Source: a virus. Taken from it: 64,000 nt of DNA. The stretch covers positions 1 to 64,000 of IMG/VR virus record IMGVR_UViG_3300012347_000211. One strand, given 5' to 3'. This document shows, in pieces, positions 58,531-64,000 of the stretch; the first letter of the stretch is position 1; each line of letters starts with the position of its first letter. A program made the translations under genes and the position numbers. The notes beneath the pieces are model-generated. The model saw only the letters and a program-made list of their open reading frames with translations. It did not search any database and had not been told where the DNA came from.

Positions 58531-61077
58531 TCAGAATTTTCCGACGACTTCAGTGAAATCTACGCCAGTACGGACTGCAACGAAGTTCAACTGGATAAAG
58601 TTGATCGACTTAGCAGGCTTGATGTAGATATCGCCAACGAATTCGTTGCGGTCAATTACTTCGCCAGTGTTGTTTGTAGTATCGCAAACGACCTTGAAGT
58701 CGTAGATACCACGACGACCCTGTACGTCGCGTAGGAATGGTTCAACCAATGCACGGAACTGAGCACGTGTGAAGTCATCGTTGAATTCGAACAATGTGAA
58801 CTTAGCTGCTGTTGCAACTGCCTTCTCAAGCACGATGAACAAACGACGTACGTTAATACGATCGAATGCGCTTGGCTTGTTGAGCAATGTCTTGTCACCA
58901 AACAAGATCACGCCTTGACCAGGGAAAGCAACAACTGGGTTGACGCCTGCCTTGTAAAGGATATCGCGCTCAGCCTTATCAGGGTTGAAAGCGAGCTTAA
59001 CAACGTTCTTGATCTGACCGCGGTTGAAACCAGCTGGAGACCACCATGGATCACGCAAGTCATCAGTACGTACGCACAAACCACCAGTATCGCCGTTCAA
59101 CGGGATCCAACGGTATACGTCGTTGTACTTGTCGTATTGGTACTTGTAACCGGAGTCAAGCACAGCATAAGAAGTGCTACGCAACGAGTTACGGAAGTTC
59201 ACTACGTTTGTTTCTTCAGATCCATCTGACACACGAACGACGTCGTCTTTGTCTGGAGAAATGAATACCACGCAATCTTTACGCTTTTCGGCAACGTTGT
59301 CGATCAGGTAGTTAGCCAATTGACCGAAGTTGTCGTTCGATGTACCACGAGCCTTACCAGCAAGGAGCAACGAAACGTCAACATCTTCAGCAGAAGCGAA
59401 CAAGTCATATGCACGAGTCAAGTCACCGATAGCGATAGTCGATTCGTCGGAACCGTCTTGGCCTTGAGTAAATGATAGCGACAATGGCTTTGTATTGGTG
59501 GAAGAAGCGATTGTACGAGCGTTTGCAGAAGCTGCGCCGGCACGATCGTTAGCAAACCATACGTATTGCGATGCGTCGTTGATTACAGTCTTGTAGTAGT
59601 TTACAGCGCCGTCTTTGGTCTTAGCATCAGTTGCACGTGAAAGTCCAGAGAACACTTCAACAACTGTACCTGGGATACCAGAAACTTCACCATCTTCGTC
59701 TACAACCACAACGTGAACTTCATCAACAGCGGCGGTGTTACCGAAGCTGGTTACATATTCGCTGGTGCCTGGAGCAACAGAAACGTTGTTGTAGTATTCC
59801 CACTTACGGGTCAACTTGTTAGTAGCTTCAACAGAAGTGTCGAAAGCTGTAGCAAGTGTGTATTGGTTATCTGTAGTGATTGTGAAAGAAGCAGCTGTCG
59901 AGTTGACAGTCAATCCGCTAACAGCAGTAACTTTCAGATATTGCTTACCGATAGACGAGTTACCAACTTCAACCACATCACCGATAGTGAGCGAGTTGAG
60001 GGTAGTGTTAGCTGTCGTGGTTGGCAAACCATCAACAAAACGTCCTGCGATACGAGCAGTAGCAGCGCTGGTTGCACCAACGATGTTGTAGCTACCTGCA
60101 GTGTACAATGCCCAAGCAGTGTTCTGACCTGTGGTAGACGACACGGTGATTGCAGTGGAGTTTACAGCAGAAACTGTACCCATAGCCACGTTAGCAGTAC
60201 CGTTAGATTGGTATACTGTTTCAGCAACTTGCCATGTACCGCTGATGTTTGTAACAGTCAATACGCCGTTTTGTGCGTTTGCCTGAACAACAACGTTCAA
60301 TTGAGTAGCGCCAACAGCCATGCTTGCTTTAGTAGCAGTGCCGTCGATGAAAGAGTTACCAGCTAGGATTTGGTCGGAAGAGTATGCTGCTGCAGAGTCG
60401 CAAACAGAAATCTTCAACGAGTTACCAATGCTTCCTGGATACTTAGCGATGTACTGGACATCAGTATCGTCATCCAATGTCGCACCAAACTCTTTATAAT
60501 CATAGTCGTCAGTATTCTTGACGGTGTAGTTATAGATGTTTGTGACGATACCGGAGTTAGCAACAGCCGACTTAACGATTGTTGTATCTTCTGTAACCAA
60601 CGTAACTGCAGTGTTAGTGCTTGCGTTGATCAAGTTTGCGGAAGTGTTGAACACACCTTGAGTGCTTGTCGAGTTGATGGTAACTGCAGTTGCGTTAACA
60701 GTAAGAACTGTACCGACAGCGGAGTTAGCACCAGACGCAAAGCGCTGATATGCTGGTTGACCAACAGTAAAGCCTGTATTAGAAGCGATATTGATAGTGA
60801 TCACACCAGGATTGGTGGTTTTAGCTGCACGTGCGACGTACAACTTATTACCGTAAGCCAAGAAGTTGGCAGCGGTAAAGAATGTTTCAGCGTTAAATGT
60901 TGTCGGCTTACCGAAACGAGCAGCAAGCTCAGACTCGGTACTGACTAACGAACGGGTATCTACAGGACCCCAACGGAACGCGCCAGCGATGGCACCTTCC
61001 GTAGAAGAGACTGCAGGGACAACCGTAGTTAGGTCAATTTCGGACACATTTACGCCAGGACTGACTTGAAATGGCAT
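58531..61077 (-). CDS. gp18: Contractile tail sheath with inserted domains
   Basis: SPGV.V.EIDLT, PWWSPAG.NRG, FDRINVRRLF, FEFND.FTR. Confidence 0.98.
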   Translation of the reverse strand: MPFQVSPGVNVSEIDLTTVVPAVSSTEGAIAGAFRWGPVDTRSLVSTESELAARFGKPTTFNAETFFTAANFLAYGNKLYVARAAKTTNPGVITINIASNTGFTVGQPAYQRFASGANSAVGTVLTVNATAVTINSTSTQGVFNTSANLINASTNTAVTLVTEDTTIVKSAVANSGIVTNIYNYTVKNTDDYDYKEFGATLDDDTDVQYIAKYPGSIGNSLKISVCDSAAAYSSDQILAGNSFIDGTATKASMAVGATQLNVVVQANAQNGVLTVTNISGTWQVAETVYQSNGTANVAMGTVSAVNSTAITVSSTTGQNTAWALYTAGSYNIVGATSAATARIAGRFVDGLPTTTANTTLNSLTIGDVVEVGNSSIGKQYLKVTAVSGLTVNSTAASFTITTDNQYTLATAFDTSVEATNKLTRKWEYYNNVSVAPGTSEYVTSFGNTAAVDEVHVVVVDEDGEVSGIPGTVVEVFSGLSRATDAKTKDGAVNYYKTVINDASQYVWFANDRAGAASANARTIASSTNTKPLSLSFTQGQDGSDESTIAIGDLTRAYDLFASAEDVDVSLLLAGKARGTSNDNFGQLANYLIDNVAEKRKDCVVFISPDKDDVVRVSDGSEETNVVNFRNSLRSTSYAVLDSGYKYQYDKYNDVYRWIPLNGDTGGLCVRTDDLRDPWWSPAGFNRGQIKNVVKLAFNPDKAERDILYKAGVNPVVAFPGQGVILFGDKTLLNKPSAFDRINVRRLFIVLEKAVATAAKFTLFEFNDDFTRAQFRALVEPFLRDVQGRRGIYDFKVVCDTTNNTGEVIDRNEFVGDIYIKPAKSINFIQLNFVAVRTGVDFTEVVGKF

Positions 61078-61120
61078 ATTGATCTCCCTATAGTAAAGGT
61101 TATACTTTTAGACTTGTGTA

Positions 61121-61128
61121 TATTTATA
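61121..61128 (-). promoter_or_regulatory. Late promoter for gp18
   Basis: TATAAATA. Confidence 0.9.
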
Positions 61129-61145
61129 AAATACCCGTTTACTAC

Positions 61146-62783
61146 TTATTGCAGTGTGTAAGCGCGCTCACCAGGATCGCCATCGAATAGCAACCATCTG
61201 TCATCATTGACCGACATGATTATGTCGTCACCTAGTGGCTGCTTATCGTCGATAATGCCAAATGGTGTCAAGTCGTCTTCGAGCATTTTCTGATTTGTCT
61301 CAGAGAATGATCTGCGGAAATCGTTATTGATTACCTCTTTTATATAGGGTTGGTTAATCATCCAGGATAACAACACCAAAGTCATTACCAAGTCATCGTT
61401 GCCATCTTCAGCTTCGAATGACTCGCCCTTTGCAGAGAATCTATAGAGTTCTTGCAGAATTTCGTGATCGTTGATGAACAGTCTATCCGACTCAATCAAC
61501 GTTTTAAGGACACTGCAGCCAATCTTCTTCACGGTCTTCGATGTCTTTACACCGATCTGCATTTGCTGTCCAGCAAAGCCGCCCGAGATGGTTTGGCTTC
61601 CTCTCTCATTCGATGTGAATAGAGTGTTCTCATATTCCAGATCGTAATAAAGAATGTCCGCTACCTGTTTACCAATGTCGTTTGATTCAACGAGTACCAA
61701 CGCATTGTTGTAATGTCTCGCGAACTTGTATACGATATCTGGATACAATAGAGACGAAATCCTGTTGTTCCTATACCGAGCAACCACCTGATATGGGAAG
61801 CTCGTTATGTCAGTTACTGTGAAGGCTGAATAATCTTGTCCAAGTGCTCTTGACGAGTCAACTACAATAGCATATAATCGCTCTGCGGCTGGTTCAGAAT
61901 ATACTTTAATATCTGAGTTCTGATGAATAGGATTGTTGTAAGTTAGCCTCATCAACACGTTAGCGTCGATCAGCGTATTAGAAGAACCCAAGAATTCACA
62001 TTCGTATTCCTGACGGAACTGCTCCGCAGATGTGTTGCGGATCGTTTCTTCTTTCCATCTTTCATCACGGCCAGGCACGCCAGACCAATGAACACTAACT
62101 CTCTTGTAGTCGTTTCGGCCTTCCTCACTATCCTTCCAAATCTTATGAAACATATTCATACCGTTTGGCGTAGATGTGATCAATACCTTAGATGTCTTAC
62201 CAGAAGAGATTGTTGGGTACACAGAAGCGAAGAACTCGTCCTGCAGAGTGTTCTGCACGAAAGCAAATTCGTCAAGGTAGATCAGGTTCTGAGACGTACC
62301 ACGAATAGCACTGGATGATGTAGCAGATGCAATGATCGAAGACTTGTTCGCCAATTCGATGTTGCCCTTGTTCCATTCGACGATGCCTTGCTGAATCCAT
62401 TTAGGTAGATTCTCATAAGCGAATTGCAGACGGCTAAGAATTTCACGAGCCTGTGATAGCTTGTTAGCCAAGATAGCGATCGAGAAGCCTTCGTTAAACA
62501 GCACATACCATAATAGCAGACCAACAATAGCCGTTGTCTTACCACACTGACGTGGCATCTTACACACAACGAAACGATTAGCGATTGCTGTGTTGAAGAT
62601 TTCCTTCTGAAACTCATATGGGCGGAACGGAACCACACCATCATCAACGCTGATGATCTTTACATAGTTTGTGATGAAGTACTCAGCATCCTCTGCACAC
62701 TTTGCATACTCGACAATTTGTTCGGCAGAGAATTCAAGAACGTCTCTGCTAGAGGAGAGGTTCTGGTTACCATTATAAGACAT
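61146..62783 (-). CDS. gp17: Terminase large subunit
   Basis: PRQCGKTT, LDEFAF, ITSTPNG.N.F, DDLVM. Confidence 0.98.
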   Translation of the reverse strand: MSYNGNQNLSSSRDVLEFSAEQIVEYAKCAEDAEYFITNYVKIISVDDGVVPFRPYEFQKEIFNTAIANRFVVCKMPRQCGKTTAIVGLLLWYVLFNEGFSIAILANKLSQAREILSRLQFAYENLPKWIQQGIVEWNKGNIELANKSSIIASATSSSAIRGTSQNLIYLDEFAFVQNTLQDEFFASVYPTISSGKTSKVLITSTPNGMNMFHKIWKDSEEGRNDYKRVSVHWSGVPGRDERWKEETIRNTSAEQFRQEYECEFLGSSNTLIDANVLMRLTYNNPIHQNSDIKVYSEPAAERLYAIVVDSSRALGQDYSAFTVTDITSFPYQVVARYRNNRISSLLYPDIVYKFARHYNNALVLVESNDIGKQVADILYYDLEYENTLFTSNERGSQTISGGFAGQQMQIGVKTSKTVKKIGCSVLKTLIESDRLFINDHEILQELYRFSAKGESFEAEDGNDDLVMTLVLLSWMINQPYIKEVINNDFRRSFSETNQKMLEDDLTPFGIIDDKQPLGDDIIMSVNDDRWLLFDGDPGERAYTLQ

Positions 62784-62786
62784 AGA

Positions 62787-63197
62787 TTAGGAGTTGTTCT
62801 TTTCTTTGAGCATCTTTAGGAGCTCAGCAGTAGAACCAACAAACATATTATTATTGGTCACTTGTTTGTTAGGCCCACTCTCGTCTTGCTTGAGTAGGTC
62901 CTTCTTGCGCTTCTGCAATTCCATCAAGTCTTTGTTTGCAGCAACGAGTGAGTTCATTAGTGTAGCCACAACTTCGTAGCTACGGGGATGCTGAGACTGT
63001 GCTGCAACATCTAGGATACCAGTCAGAGCTTCTTGACCCTTTTCGATCGTGCTCACTAAGTTGCCACGGGCATACTCAAAGTCATCTGAGATCTGTGTTG
63101 GATCTACTTGAGTTATATTGACCGCAGGCAGAACTTCTTGCATCGGAGCAAGATCCAGTGTTCTGCTAATTGGGTCATCTTTCGGTTCACTCATCAC
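62787..63197 (-). CDS. gp16: Terminase small subunit
   Basis: DFEYAR.NL, HPRSYEV, NN.FVGSTAEL. Confidence 0.95.
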   Translation of the reverse strand: MMSEPKDDPISRTLDLAPMQEVLPAVNITQVDPTQISDDFEYARGNLVSTIEKGQEALTGILDVAAQSQHPRSYEVVATLMNSLVAANKDLMELQKRKKDLLKQDESGPNKQVTNNNMFVGSTAELLKMLKEKNNS

Positions 63198-63988
63198 GTA
63201 TTCCTTATCACAATATGTCCATAATCTGTACTTGGGTCAATCGCAGAAGGGTCGATTGTTATTGCCACGTTCGATGTCGCGGTACCATTAGCCGTCTGCC
63301 CAGGCTCAAATGCCATAGAAGATAGCAGCTCAACTTCGCTTGTGGTATCATCGAAGAAGTTGGTCGTAGCAAGATGAATGAGACCGCTCTTCTTAACAGG
63401 ACCGTAAAAGTAACCTTTGACGATGAAGTCTAGCGTCCAGATAATAGCCTGACGCTCGAGGAAGTTGCCTTCGTATGTATCTTGCGAAGTAACGTTGATT
63501 AATACGATCGGGATGTCCATCGTGATCCCCATTTCAGGAATCAGATTAACAGTCGGTGTGAATTCTGGTGTAAAGTACGGAAGGATTTGTTCAACGATCT
63601 TCGATCCGTCCTCTGCGTTCTTCACTGCAATATACAGAGTGAACGACATATCATACGGTACAGGAACGTATTGTGAATTGAATTGTGTCGGCGAAGCTTG
63701 CTTAAACACCTTGGTTGGTGTTGTTAGTTTGCGGTCAGGTGCGTAGTTCAGAGTGTTTAGCTCAAACCCCATACGCGGCATTCTGATAGCAGTAGCGGTA
63801 TCCAAACGAAGGTCATTCGTGATACGAGCGAGCATCTTTTCTTTTGGTCCGTATGCAATAGGAACCTTCAACGTCTCGATCGGATTATTAGACGCGTCTG
63901 TGCGAGTAATGTAGATGTCGTTGAATAGGGTACCGAATAGCGTAACATACTTACGCATCGTGCCGTGGTAAAAGTCGCTTCCGAACAT
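63194..63988 (-). CDS. gp15: Tail sheath stabilizer / completion protein
   Basis: FYH...RKYV..FGTLFN, VPIAYGPKEK, QILPYF.P. Confidence 0.95.
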   Translation of the reverse strand: MFGSDFYHGTMRKYVTLFGTLFNDIYITRTDASNNPIETLKVPIAYGPKEKMLARITNDLRLDTATAIRMPRMGFELNTLNYAPDRKLTTPTKVFKQASPTQFNSQYVPVPYDMSFTLYIAVKNAEDGSKIVEQILPYFTPEFTPTVNLIPEMGITMDIPIVLINVTSQDTYEGNFLERQAIIWTLDFIVKGYFYGPVKKSGLIHLATTNFFDDTTSEVELLSSMAFEPGQTANGTATSNVAITIDPSAIDPSTDYGHIVIRNT

Positions 63989-64000
63989 TAGAATCTCGTT

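Noticed and set aside
45502-63988. Introns, inteins or homing endonucleases in core genes; stop-codon reassignment
   Set aside because: All core ORFs are uninterrupted in the standard code and, apart from the gp18 domain inserts, of expected length.

Overview
A 64-kb segment of a large T4-like (exo-T-even-type) myovirus genome with four blocks. (1) 1-24.1 kb: about 75 tightly packed, tiny minus-strand early genes behind sigma70-type promoters. These include a 10-member paralog family, a catalytically dead copy of the prohead protease, a Toprim-only mini-primase, and SLOG, NDT-like, YqeY, kinase and HAD proteins. (2) 24.2-37.0 kb: an oppositely oriented late island of fibre/decoration genes (15-residue coiled-coil fibre, Mtd_N-like fibre plus chaperone, Ig and 5x LamG adhesin) with a candidate structured RNA. 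(3) 37-45.5 kb: nucleotide/auxiliary genes, including a PDF-QueE-PRTase-cytidylyltransferase-variant QueD cluster. (4) 45.5-64 kb: T4 core genes gp46, gp47, gp55, uvsW, uvsY, gp3, gp23, gp22, gp21, prohead core, gp20, gp19, gp18, gp17, gp16 and gp15, with TATAAATA-type late promoters. No tRNA, CRISPR array, reverse transcriptase or integrase was seen. All calls come from motif recognition by eye; no searches were run.
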